A stretch of 64,000 bases of DNA from Octopus sinensis (lineage: Eukaryota), in NCBI RefSeq assembly GCF_006345805.1, contig NC_043006.1:10106001-10170000 (forward strand), written 5' to 3'. The translations under genes and the position numbers were made by a program. Below are positions 12,085 to 25,000 of this stretch, piece after piece. The notes beneath the pieces are model-generated. The model was given only the letters and a program-made list of their open reading frames with translations. It was not told the DNA's origin and made no database searches. Position 1 is the first letter of the stretch. Each line of letters opens with the position of its first letter.

Positions 12085-14010
12085 TAGTCTGGCTTTTACA
12101 TTTCATGTCCTAATACATCTCTTGCTATCGTGAAGTATGGAGTTTGATATAGCTACTCTCATTTGCACCTCTTGCCGTGAGGTAGGTTCATCTGGGACTC
12201 TCGACGGGACGAGGTCCAGCTTTGATTTAAAAACCGCTACATCTACTTTGTGCAAGTTCCCCAGATTCTTTGGGAGAATATAAAAAAGCTGTGGGCCCTT
12301 GAAACCCAAGCTGTTGCAGTAGCTGGTCCTGAAGAGTGATGGCATTGCTGGGATCTTTGGCACTATGCAGTGTCGTCCCGTTCTAGCATTGATGTAGCTT
12401 ACAATGCCAAAATTTGGCACACTTCCTTTCAGGATCTTCCAGACATATATTACTGCATACCTCCCCCGTCTTCCCTCCAGGGAGTAGAGTCTTAGCTCTT
12501 TCAATTTTTCCCAGTAGCTGAGCTGTTGCAAAGAGACGATCTTCTTTGTGAATCTTCTCTGGATTGCTTCAAGGTCCGCAGTTAATTTCACACTGGTGGG
12601 TGACCATAGCTGTGAGCAGTAATCAAGGCGGCTGAGGACGAATGTCCGCCAGAGGACATCAAGGTTTCCTTATCTCTAGTTCTGAATGCTCTTAGGATCC
12701 ATCCAGCCAATCGTCTCCACTTTGTCGCCATCCTGGTAATGTGCACTTGGAAAGAGGTATCATCACTCATGTCGATACCCAGGTCCCTCACAGACTTAAA
12801 CTCTGGGATTGAAATTCCCTGTGGACCGGTGTATCCTGTAAGTTTCATATTCAGTTTTGGATGCTGGTAGTGCAGGGCCTGGAATTTTTCAGCATTAAAT
12901 TGCATATTATTATCCTCAGCCCATCTGTAGATTGAGTCCAACTCCTGCTGTAGGCGTGCAACATCGCTGGGGTTCTGTATTTTCTGCGAGACTTCAGTAT
13001 CGTCTGCATAGCTTACCAGAGTGGCTATCCGGGCATTTGAGGGCATATCTGAGAGGGCCACTAATAAAAGCAGTGCCCTGTGGATCACCGCTTTGGAACA
13101 CCGCACACTTTGTGTGTTCATAGAGGTGGATCCATTAACCACTACTGCCTGACTCCTATCTTTCAGGAAGTCATGTAACCACACTCCAAGATTTCCAGCT
13201 ATGCCGAAGTCACGCAGTTTGTGGCATATCATACCATGATCCCCCTTGTGAAATGCTTTTGCAAAATCATGATATATTCCATCCACATTTGATTCGTTGA
13301 GTAACTGCCTCAACACCCAGTCATAATGCTGCAAGAGCTTGGTCAGGCAGCTCCTACCTGGCCGAAAACCATGCTGGGTATCTCTCAGCAAGTTATTTTC
13401 CTCAAGGAATGCGATTAGTTTCTTTCTGACTATCCGTTCCATGACTTTGCTGATGTGTGAAGTTAGAGAGATAGGCCTAGAGGTTTTGGCATCTGCTCTA
13501 CTGTATGGGTATATTATTCCCTCCTTCAGCTTGCTTGGCAGTTTGCCATTTGTAAGAAAGCTCAGGAAGACAATCTTGAGGGGTTTTGCCAGGGCATGCT
13601 TACACGCTTTGAGGGGGATGGCTGAGAAACCATCTGGACCAGCAGTTGAGTTTGTGTCCACTTCATCTATGGCTAGTAGGATATCTTCTTTGCTACTGTC
13701 AATACATTCTATTGTAACCGCCGCGCTGGTTATAAGTGAGGCGGCAAAGATGTCCACTGGTTCGTTCACTTGTCTGTGTTCCAACTGATCTTAGTTGGAC
13801 TGTCTGTGAGGTAGCCATCCATTTGGAGGAAGGGTCCTATCTTGTAGTGTACTGAGACTGTTTCTTTAGCGTAATGAAAGAAGGCCTTTGGGTTTGATTT
13901 AATGTATTTTTATAACTCAGGCTTCTTTGTCTGCTTTCTCCCTCACATAGGATTGTTGCAGCCTTTTTTTCGATCTCCATCAGTGTGTTTTTAGGCGGGA
14001 CGTTTCACTA
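12085..14010 (-). mobile_element. CR1/Jockey-group non-LTR retrotransposon, 5'-truncated, RT domain
   Basis: ORFs 12588-13784 and 12103-12591 contain STAGPDG, RPISLTSHISKVMER, QHGFRPGRSC, DFAKAF, YADDT, VRDLG and LEAIQRRFTK. Frameshifted. Confidence 0.93.
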
Positions 14011-14089
14011 CTTTTGGGATGTTGGTTGAGACGATTTACAGCCTTCGTCCGTATATGTATATATCTATATGTATATATCTATATCTATA

Positions 14090-14124
<35 letters not shown>

Positions 14125-14129
14125 ATATA

Positions 14130-14187
<58 letters not shown>

Positions 14188-14538
14188 ACATAAAGGACAT
14201 TAGCCATTTGAATGTGGCTAGGGACAGGGCAGGGCGGTGGGGGTGTTACTAATGCATTTAGCCCCAGGCGATCCTCAACGTCACCAGATAGGCTGACACC
14301 ATAACGGTGTCCTCTATCCTGCAAAGGGAGATCATTCCCCGAAGAAGCGGATGCCACATACGGACCCAGGTTTCAAGGTATTTGCCTATCGTCAACGTAT
14401 GGCAGGCACCGCTCCTCGACGAACAACTTCCTGTGCAGGATATTTATATATAGATTTTCACGTAAATACATTTACTGATTTCGAAAATCTGTTCGACAGC
14501 AATAATAATTCTCTAAACGAGATATAGACAGTAACTTG

Positions 14539-15261
14539 ATTTCGAGCCGGGTCGTCTGCTGCTGGAGAGGACCGATCAGGTAAAGGACCTGGGTATCTTG
14601 GTGGATTCCTCCTTTTCGCCTTCGGCCCAGTGCATCCATGCTGCCAACAAAGCACGCGGAATTCTGTTCTTGATTCGACGGTCATTCGGAATGCTCACAG
14701 CAGCCATATTCCTACCACTCTATGTCACGCTGGTGAGACCCATATTGGAGTATGGGATTCAAGCCTCTTCTCCTTATCTCCTCAAAGACATACAGCATCT
14801 CGAAAGAGTCCAGAAGCTGGCTACCCGCATGGTTCATGGTCTCAAAAATTTGTCCTTCGAAGAAAGGCTGAGGACGCTCGACCTTTATTCTCTTGAAAAA
14901 CGCCGCCGCCGTGGTGATCTCATTCTCGCCCACAACATCATAAGCGGAAAGTGTAACCTCTCGAAAGAGCTGTTCTTCACACCTGATCCAGAGCGTCGGC
15001 TGCGGGGTCATTCCGAAAAGCTCTACCTGCGATGATTTCATCTCAATCGAAGGAGAGGAGCTTTCTCCGTCCGGGTTGCGGATCCGTGGAACAAGCTGCC
15101 AGACGAGATGGTGAAGATGCCGACGACCGCTTTGTTCAAAGCCTCCCTGGACCTCAAGTGGCCTGAACTCTTTACATGAAAACCACCCTGTACTTAACTC
15201 CATGTCCCCATACATACCCTTGCTATTTGCTTTTGAGCCAAATTAACTAACTAACTAACAT
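14539..15261 (+). mobile_element. CR1-like LINE 3' fragment (RT C-terminus, 3' UTR, (TAAC)n tail)
   Basis: VKDLGILVDSSFSPSAQC...LYVTLVRPILEYG...LERVQKLATRMV...LYSLEKRRRRGDL; ends TAACTAACTAAC. Confidence 0.9.
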
Positions 15262-15779
15262 AACAGCAGTTAAACAGTAATAATAATAACAACAAACTTT
15301 ACGGTAAATTAAAAAGCAGTACGCAGTTGAAGCTATAGTCTTTTATGTACAAGAAATAAACCCACAGCAGTACTCTGTAGAAGCGGCTGTTCGAGAAAAC
15401 AGACATTACATAGGGCCAAACTTCATATAAATACTTAATGCTAGCTAATTAGCCGATAATCTAATGTAAAAACCGTGGTAAACTGTATGTGCACAGCTCC
15501 ATCTGGACTATTCCATTTCTGCACACCAATTTCATTTTTAATTTAATCCCATTCATGTGAAACTACTTATTTTAGTTAAAGTCATTGATGCAATTTTATA
15601 CCAATTGCTATTTTTATTTTTGCTATGTTATGATTATATTATACTTTAGTTTGATTTTAATTATTACTTACTACATATAATTCAATTGTTATTATTATCT
15701 CTAATTTTTGTTGTTAAGGTAAATGTATCTAAAATAAAATAGAGAAAGGGTTTTGTTTCACTTTTAACACGTAATACTG

Positions 15780-15965
15780 AAATAGTGGAGGAGATATGAT
15801 ATTGTTATGGGCTCGGTCTAGGCAAGAAGTTTTTTTGCCCATGAATCTACATGGACCCTAAGTGAGACATGTGTAAAATTTGAATGAAATTGGTTGCATA
15901 GTTCTCAAGTTTTAGGGAAACACACAGACAGGCAGACACACATTCTCAGTTTTATATATAGAGAG
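15780..15965 (+). mobile_element. Dispersed repeat end resembling Helitron-derived non-autonomous elements
   Basis: AAATTTGAATGAAATTGG..TAGTTCTCAAGTT..CAGACA pattern, with a related inverted piece at ~28742-28815. Family assignment is from recollection only. Confidence 0.3.
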
Positions 15966-15976
15966 ATACGCACACG

Positions 15977-16050
<74 letters not shown>

Positions 16051-16092
16051 TATATATATATATACACACATACACACACACACACACACACA

Positions 16093-16141
<49 letters not shown>

Positions 16142-16206
16142 TATATATATATATATACACACATACACACACACACACACACACACCACACACATATATA
16201 TATATA

Positions 16207-16255
<49 letters not shown>

Positions 16256-17674
16256 TATATATATAAACACTTTTATGCCAATAATTGGTGAAGCGTGCGT
16301 TTACACACACAGTTATATCCGAATAAACGAGCTAAAGTATAATAATTACTTACTGCATATGTTGAAGCATAAATTCATTTTCCTCTTAATAAAACTATTA
16401 AACCTGAAGAGTTTATATATTAGGTTGTTGCCGACGACTAATGGAATTTTATTCTTTAACATACGAGCCGCAATACGCTACAGTTAATGCTATATCGACT
16501 CCATTCAAGGGAGAAGACATATACATCTAGTCATCGTTTTATTCAAATTATACGGATAATATTTTCTAGATACTATATTCACTCAATGACTTTGGAGTTC
16601 AATTATTGATTAATAACTGAATATATTTCTGGCGTCCAAATTCATGTTTCATTAGTATTGTTATTATACACACAACAAGACTGTCGGACAGGAAATATAT
16701 GTAGAGCCCTGTTGGCTGTGCACATAAGGAAACGCGTGAATCTTACCTTTCGTCAGTTCCTTACAACTAAATTAGAGCGACGAGTAGAGCAACGAAAGTA
16801 CAGACACACCAGATCGCTCGACATGCAAAAATTAGCAGCCACATTCCGCACTGATATCTTAATTTGAACACATTGCCCTCATACCCTCGCCTTTTATATC
16901 GTCATTATTAGTGATTGAAATGATAGTTGCATATTGTTTTTTATGCTTACCTGACCGGTGCAATTTTTAGCAACAGTAGTGAAGTCCACAATGATGTTCC
17001 TTCAGGCGTTTTGCCCATCACTTTTGCTCAATAATCTTCAGGCGTTTTGCCCATCAAATTTGCTCTATAATCTTCTCTCATTTGGTCCATTTCTACCTCT
17101 TTTTTCATCGCGTGTTTTGCATAGTGTACAAGTATTATAAACACTCATCGAAATTTCAAATCTCTCCTATACATATTTTGTATGTCAGTACAATATATAT
17201 GTGGTATTCTCCGCAGTATCTCTGGTTCTGTTTGTGTTTGCTTTACGTATTTAAAAAGTTAATACTTTATTATGTTTTATTTTATTTAGCTGTCACATCA
17301 TATGTTAGTTTAATTTTAACAATTAAATTGGTCTAGAGTCTAGACGGATGTAATTGCTAAGTTTAGCCTCTGGGGTATTAAGTGTATTATAGAACAGGAC
17401 GTCAATGTATCTTAGTAATTGAAGTTTTCTTTTTAACAACTATATTACGCCTGTTTGTTACAGAGTGGATAATCTTGCACATTGACTCGTGACTCGTCTA
17501 TAAAAATGTATGTAAACTTTACTTAAGTAAGATTTATTTAATGGTGTCTCTTAGGTATATATCCTCTAAATTTTTATTTCGCAAAGAATCTTCTCTCGCG
17601 AAAGTTTCTTTGCCAGACAAAATTTCCTGCAACATACTTTCAGAGTTAAGGAATTCATTAGTGTATATATATAC

Positions 17675-17741
<67 letters not shown>

Positions 17742-17821
17742 GAATAAATAGTTAATAATATTTATTATGCTACAGCTGTATATATATATATATGTGTGTG
17801 TATATTATATATATAGATACA

Positions 17822-17885
<64 letters not shown>

Positions 17886-17886
<1 letters not shown>

Positions 17887-18120
17887 TTCGAGAGGTAATG
17901 GCGTCAGTAAGACCCAAAGGTGTCAAGTAATGCTGAATAAGTGCTATGGATAGACCATAGTTAAGTTCCAGGTTCGCTGATTATGCGAATAAGGAGTTCA
18001 ACGTAGGTCATATATCAGCCTGTGTATATATAATTTTTTTTTAGAATGAGATTAAAAAAACCCAAGGCTGTGAAGATTTTAGAACATTTATAAATAGAAG
18101 CTCTTATAGCTGTTCGCATA
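17886..18120 (-). mobile_element. Third copy of the HHR-bearing PLE terminal repeat (HHR degenerate)
   Basis: Reverse complement aligns with 7245-7467; the HHR 3' half reads GCGAAC-AGCT-ATAAGAG. Confidence 0.6.
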
Positions 18121-18529
18121 TCTGCACGCGCGCGCATATTACCATACACTCGCAAATACGCACACACACGCGCGCGAAATCTCACACACACATGTGCACA
18201 TATTAATCTCCATGTACATATGAATACGAGCACACGCATACACGCGCGTTCACTCAAGTGCACACATGTACATATATGCACCTGCACGGGCGTACATGTA
18301 TATAGACGCGCAAGTGTATACATGTACACCTGTGCACACACATCCGTGCGCATGCATACTGTGAGCAGATGCATATGCGCAGTCACGCACATGCGCGAGC
18401 GCACATATACTCGTGTGGTCATCATGCACAAAGTGTGATGTACAAAGGGTGACACATGCATGGAAAAGTGTTGGGGTTGGTGATTTACAATACCGTTAAT
18501 GGCGGTTAATTAGTGACGGTGAAGTTGGA

Positions 18530-19170
18530 GTTGGTTGTACTATGGGTGAATGGTATTAAGGAGGAATATCCAGGTTGTCGGTGACCAGTGGTTTGAAATT
18601 CACCAAAAGGTTAAACCTCTGCTGACAGCAATACCATACCTCTTATTTTTTGTAGATGAATACTGCGTGTTGGTAAATGATATGCAGTTTTTCGCAGCGA
18701 CACATGTAGCAATTAGGTTTGGCGGGTGTATATGGTGGGACCCTGTAGATAATAGTCAATTGATGCTGAGTGTTTCGTCTCGGAGGTCACAAAATCACTG
18801 AGAAAACGCGATACGGACACGGAGTTCTCACTATCGCTGGAACTAAACGAATTTTAAGTGTTGAGAACATCCTCTGATGAAGTCAGTAGATGTCATTCCC
18901 GTGTAGTGCATGTCCGTGTAGGGTGGCTCTGTATACTACAGCTCTTGAGAGGAAGGATCCTCCAAAGAGCAAGTGGTAGATTTTCAGGAGTTGCATATTG
19001 AGGTTGGGTGTTTTGAGGGTACTCCGTCTGTTGATGTGTGCTGTGTTGGACGCAATGTAGTCTAAGCAGGAGTAGCTTACCTTTATATTATGGGGGTTGA
19101 AGTGTTTGTAATAGTTATGACCTCTGGTGAATGTTTCTTTATTGATGACAGGGAGTCCCTGGCTACAATT
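18530..19170 (-). mobile_element. Penelope GIY-YIG endonuclease remnant
   Basis: INKETFTRGHNYYKHFNPHNIKVSYSC...SFLSRAVVYRAT and, after frameshifts, PPYTPAKPNCYMCRCEKLHI, matching the PLE endonuclease consensus. Confidence 0.75.
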
Positions 19171-19360
19171 GTATGTATGCATGTATGGTTGTATGTATGT
19201 TTGTATGTATGTATGTATGTATGAATGTTTGTATGTATGTATGATATATATATATATATATATATATAATTTTAATCCAAAAGGGAAACAAAAAAACAAC
19301 AACAACAGGAACAATTACAGTATTATTATTAATAGGCGCTCAGGAGATGGAAGCAGGGAG

Positions 19361-19397
19361 GCATGACGTTTCGAGCGGAGCTCTTCGTCGGAAACAT
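19361..19397 (-). ncRNA. Minimal hammerhead motif (CCGACGA core, weak helix I)
   Basis: Minus strand ATGTTT-CCGACGA-A-GAGC-TCC-GCTC-GAAA-C-G-T-C-ATGC; helix III is the palindrome ACGT. Confidence 0.5.
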
Positions 19398-21320
19398 AAA
19401 GAAGGAAGAGAGAGGAAAGAAAGATCCCAGAGCGGGCAACAGGGGAAAGAGAAAAAAGACGACTGGTGTTTACGAGTTGCACATGGTGAAAGGCGGATGT
19501 TGACGATAACAAGAGCAAAGTGGGTTTTTAAAGGCAAAAGAGTGGAGACAAGGTTGGTAACCCAACAGATGTGTGTGTATGTGTGAGTGTGTGCGTGTGC
19601 GTGTGTGTGTGTGTGTGTGAGGCGAGATGAAAAAACAAAAAAATATGTGTGTGTTGTGTGTGCGTCTGTGTGTAGGCGTGTGAGGTAGGGCGAGACTAGT
19701 GGTCAGCTAGCAGACAGTAGTAAGAAAAAAAGAAGGAGGAAGGAGGAAGGGAGGTCAGTAGTAAGAAAAAGAAGGAGGAGGAAGGGAGGGAGGGGAAGGG
19801 GTGGGGTGGGGGCGTAGTAGCGTGCCAGCGTGTGTTGAGTAGTAGTGTGTGTGTGTGTGTCCAGTGTCGTGGTGGTATTAATGGCGAGTAGATTGAATGT
19901 GTGTAAGAGTGATGTATATATATAGGAGGTGTGTATATGTGTGGCGTGGGTGTGTAACGAAAAAGGGGGGGGTTAAGGAAAAAGGACTCCAGCTGAGGGG
20001 AAGATGGAAGAGTGGTACCGCGGAGACAGGCGTGGGAAAACCAACGACACGCGACGGTCCCAGGAACGGGCGGGAGGTCTCGTCAGGTCCAAGAGCGAGG
20101 TGTATGCGGCGCGTATGCAGCGCGAGCCGGCGCAAGTGCTATGTGCGCGTGCCTGCGAGTATGCGCGTGAGTATGTATGTGTGTGGATGTGTGAGTGTGT
20201 CTGTGTGTATGTCTGGGTGGCAGTGTGTCCGATGAATGTATGTGAGTATGGTGTATGTATGTGTGTGCATAGATGTATGTCCGTGTGTGTGTGTGTGTGT
20301 GTGTATGTGTGTGAGTGTGTATGTATGTACGTGTGTGGGTGTGGGGAAGTGTGTGTATGTGCATGTGTGTGTGCGCGTACATACAGGTGTGTGAGTGAGT
20401 GTGTGTGTGTGTATGTATGTGTGAGTGTGTGTAGTAGGTGTGTGTCGGATGCATGTATGTGTATGGGTGTATGTATGCGTGTGTGTATGTATGTATGTGT
20501 ACGTGCGTGTGTGTGTGTGTATGCGTGTAGGTGTGCGCGTGTGCATATATATATATATATATATGTATATACATATCGTCATATCATCCGTATTAGCTTA
20601 ATAGCACAAAGATATGGAGAGTTGAAAGATAATAATTATGATGATAATAAAATGATACTGCATATTTCTTACTGCTGTTTCAAATATGCATATTAAATAA
20701 ATTACAAATTTATGGTTTAAATTTGTATTTATAAGGTATCAACACCATATCATGAAGGAACAAGATATACGATAAAAGATTACATGTTAATATTGTAATT
20801 CATATTGAAGAAGTAGTTATATGGAGTTATCATAGTTTTATATGTGAAATAAATTTTGAAATAATTAAAAATAAATTAAAATAAGTAATACGATAGAATG
20901 AAATGAAGTAATATGAAAAGTAAATACAATAGACATAGAAATAAAATTTATAAAATATAAAATACGATAGAAAAAAATAGAGTAAATGAATAAATAAATA
21001 AATTCAGACGTAAAAGAACATAAGAAAGTATAGAATAGACTCTATGCATTCATCAGTGCCCACTGGTTCGGGAAATTTAAATTTAAATTTTAAATTCAAT
21101 AAACCAATTAAATTTGGTTAACCAATTTCCATTTGGTTAACTGTTTCAGAAAAGATTAAGCAAGCCATAACGGTTTTACAATAAATGAGTGTGTGGATAT
21201 ATATGATAATAAAAAGACTCAGTAAAAATCGCATGCACACACACACACAGGCATACACACATATACGCCCGTATACAAGCATACACGAACATACATACAT
21301 GTGTGTATACGTTCGTGTAA

Positions 21321-21391
<71 letters not shown>

Positions 21392-21708
21392 TATATAATA
21401 TATATATATATATATTATATATATATATGTATATGTATATATATATACATGTGTGTGTGTGTGTATATACGTATATATAAGCTCCAAAATTGGGAGTTAA
21501 GTCCAGGTAGATATAAAGTAACTCTCAAAAGAGGCCCGAAGTCCATATAATATTTCCAAGAATTACATCTGTCTTAATACATGATGAAATAATTCCAAGG
21601 AATATAAAACAAAGTTAACAATCGAAAACCTGTATATTAATTAATTATCTGTTTATTCTTATATCTCTAAATTCCATAAATTATGGTCATTTATATATAA
21701 GTAAAATA

Positions 21709-21809
21709 TCCGACACACGTTTCAGCTGATTTGCCTTTTATAATTATATAGTTAAATAATTAAATAATTAATCAATACAATCTATGTGGTAAAACAGCTT
21801 CATTGGGGA
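21709..21809 (-). ncRNA. Degenerate hammerhead motif with long helix II
   Basis: TCC-CCAATGA-AGCTG...CAGCT-GAAA-CGTGTG-T-C-GGA; the core carries G5A and the helix III palindrome is broken. Confidence 0.3.
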
Positions 21810-22185
21810 ATTTAAGTGAAAGTTTCTAGTTACATTATTTGAAATTGTCATATTGGGATATATATATATATATATGATTAAATAATAAGGGTATAAATTG
21901 ATATTAATCAATTATAAACCAGTGGCTTAGCATACTTTAAAAGTTCAAAGATTAAAAATTGTGTTACAAAATTTAGACGACTGACCACTAAAGGGTTCCC
22001 AAGAATAATCTCATAAAAAAAAAAATAACACAATTGTGTTTTTTTGCTGAGATTTTTCTGCAGAACACATTCGTCGTTGTAATGGCGATTTGACGTCTAT
22101 GTTTAGCATATAGGCTGTCCCCTTTAGTGGTCAGTCCTCTAAATTTTGTTCGTGTATATATATATATGTATATATGTATGTATGC

Positions 22186-22730
22186 TTGCATCTCTCCTGA
22201 CACATGGAAAGGCATAGTTATTGATCGTAGCAGTTGGAGAAGGATTGTGCATGAAAGGACAGCCCCTTTTGAGAAATCTCGAGTTGCACATGAGAAATTA
22301 AGGAAGGATGTCATGAAGGGCATCGCTGTTACACTTGCATAGGGGAAGGGTCTTCCTTTGATGCTGACATGCAATATCTTTACTGCCTCAGTAAAGCTGG
22401 ACTCAAGAGTCATCTTCGTAGTCATAAAGCGAGACAGATGACTGACAACCTGGTCACTGGTGGCAGTGTAACACACCATGCTAATCATATCTGTCGGGCA
22501 TGTGGAAGAGAGTGTAATTCGACAGGAGGACTTAAACGACATGCAAAGGTACATGAAGCCAAGTTACAACTACAGCCGGCTATTGCCGGTAAAGATTTTA
22601 GTTGCCAAGTCTGTACAAGGCATTGTCAATCTTTAGCAGGGCTAAAGAGTCACTTTCGATCTCAGAACCGGTAACAGTTAAGCTTCGTGCAATGGTCATA
22701 CTCGATAACGAGGGTGCAGCCATAATAATA
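22186..22730 (+). mobile_element. RTE-clade LINE 3' end with tandem C2H2-like zinc fingers
   Basis: ISPDTWKGIVIDRSSWRRIVHE (RTE C-terminal pattern), then CLSKAGLKSHLRSH, CRACGRECNSTGGLKRHAKVH and CQVCTRHCQSLAGLKSHFRS; short 3' UTR and (TAA)n tail. Confidence 0.75.
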
Positions 22731-23547
22731 ATGTATGTATGTATGTATGTATGTATGTATGTATGTATGTATGCATGTATGCATGTATGTATGTATCTAT
22801 ATATGCAATTTCTGCTGTCAGTCTTTTATTACCAAGTAACTTCTCACACACGTAAAATTGTGAAATTGTTATGGTTTGATATTTTCTGAAACGCTTAACT
22901 GCATGTAAACTAATTTAAATTTCTCAACCAATGGGCACTAATCATTACATAGAGGCTGTTTTATTCTTTCTTATTTTATTTTTGTTCTACATTTATTTAT
23001 CTAATTTATTTTTAGCTTTGTCTTATCTATTTGATATTTTATGCTTTTTATTTCTATTTTCATTGTATGTTCTATATATATATATTACATTATTTTATTC
23101 TACCTTATTTATTTTACTATATTTCTTATTATATTCAAATTAATCCGTCAACCCTCACGCACACATATAAATAAAAAATAAAATAACTCCTTATATTTAA
23201 TCCGCCAGTATGAACTAAGATTATATAAGTAATTTTTTTATTGCATATCTTTTTTCTTGATGGTATTGAGTTTATAATTTATAAAAGGAAATTTTAACCA
23301 TAAATTTGTAATTTGTTTAATAAGCACAATTGAAACAGCTGTAGGAAATGTGAAGTATCATTTAATAAGTAAATAATTATTAACTTTCACTTCTCCGTTT
23401 TCTTCTCTGCTATTACGCGAATACGGATTATATGCATAATATATACCTACCAATTTAGGGAAATTTCATTTGCCAAAAATATATTTGGTATAGAGCCAGT
23501 GTTTTCTTGGATGTAACCATCGTTTTATGATGTTCCCTGTTTAACTC

Positions 23548-23597
<50 letters not shown>

Positions 23598-23670
23598 TTA
23601 TGTATGCCTGTCTGAGTACGTAAATTAATATTATTATTATTATTATTAATATTATTATCTTTATTATTAA

Positions 23671-23885
23671 GGCGGCGAGTTGGCAGAATTGTTAGTGCAC
23701 TGGACGAAATGCTTAGCGCTATTTCGCCCGTTGATACATTCAGGGTTAAAAAATTTCGCCGAGGTCGGTTTTCGCTTTCATTATTTCACGGCCGATAAAT
23801 TATGTACCGGTTGAACACTGGGGTCGATTAAATCGACACCACCCTCAAAATATCTGCCCTTGTAGCAAAATTTTAATCCATAATC
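23671..23885 (+). mobile_element. SINE family A, older variant
   Basis: GGCGGCGAGTTGGCAGAA head; diverged body with the GGGGTCGAT..TCGAC hairpin. Confidence 0.75.
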
Positions 23886-23903
23886 ATATTATTATTATTA
23901 TTA

Positions 23904-23947
<44 letters not shown>

Positions 23948-24162
23948 TATTATACTTCTTGTATGAGATGTACTCGCCATTCTTCCATGGTTATGCCGGC
24001 TTCTATTACTGCTGCCCGGTCACCAAACCTTTGCTGCAACGCAGTTCATTAATCAAATACCCAACGAACACTAAACCAGTGAGCGTGATTTACCGGCATA
24101 TACTAGGCGGACAACTTACGATTTTTTAACTACACACACGCACACACACACACACACACACA

Positions 24163-24204
<42 letters not shown>

Positions 24205-24769
24205 TATATATATATATATATAAGGGAAAATGAAAATGGAAATAAAATTGATAACTGACAAAGATAAATTATCATTTATTGATTATAAGGGGACAAAATC
24301 TCATCTGACAGCTGTTTCTGTAGGCGTTATTCAAGGCATTGCCAGGCGTAATTCCGACAATAATAATTATTATTATCATTGCATATAAATATTTATAGCA
24401 ACTTAAATGGAATTTCATCAAAGCGGAAAAGTAAAGAAAAAGAGAAGAAAGAGTAAGAGAAAAATAAAAAGTAATAATATATCAATTCATATTACTGCTA
24501 TCCTTCTTGCCTTTTACCCGACTAAAAATTTAGTAATAGAATTAGAATAGTTATAATATTTAGAGGTTTATTCATAAGGATACTGCCGGCGAGGGTTACA
24601 TATATAATAACTTTAGGAGTATTTTGGTTATCGCATAAAATTAAAATAAAAAGTAAGAAAAAAATTGTAAATACCGGTAGTTACAAAACTAAAGTAATAA
24701 CAGTTAAGTGTGATTTATGTATTTATCGGCGATTTCCCGTGTATTTTACTTAGTATTATATTTCACTAA

Positions 24770-25000
24770 ATGACATATATACGAGAGATATCTAGCAGAA
24801 TTACGGAAAGACGAAATGAAAATTTGAGACAGTATGACGACAAAAAACAGTCCTCCATAATCTACGAACGTGGAGGCAAGCTGCGTCAACTTGACCTCCG
24901 CATTTTATCCAAGCACCCAAAGGACTCAACCCTCAGACAAATAGAGGAGTATGTCCTCATAAATGAAACATTCCCAGTGCTAAATAGGAAATATACCTAG
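24770..25000 (+). mobile_element. GIY-YIG endonuclease fragment (PLE-like)
   Basis: TYIREISSRITERRNENLRQ...ILSKHPKDSTLRQIEEYVLINETFPVLNRK resembles YIGETxRxLxERxxEH...RxxxEAxxI...PxLN. Confidence 0.55.

Noticed and set aside
18874-18880. CTGATGA on the plus strand
   Set aside because: No GAAA or closing helices follow; it is antisense within the GIY-YIG remnant.
20670-21056. Two HHR halves on the minus strand (CTGATGA at 21050-21056; GAAAC-AGCA-GTA at 20670-20681)
   Set aside because: They are 370 nt apart and the helix I strands do not pair.
23252-23348. TTGATGG...GAAACAGCTGTAGGAAA
   Set aside because: HHR-like geometry, but two core substitutions in AT-rich DNA; counted only as degenerate.
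24302-24318. GAAACAGCTGTC half motif (minus); similar half at 57586-57602
   Set aside because: Only the 3' half is present and no recognisable CUGAnGA partner was found. Probably decayed copies, so not called.
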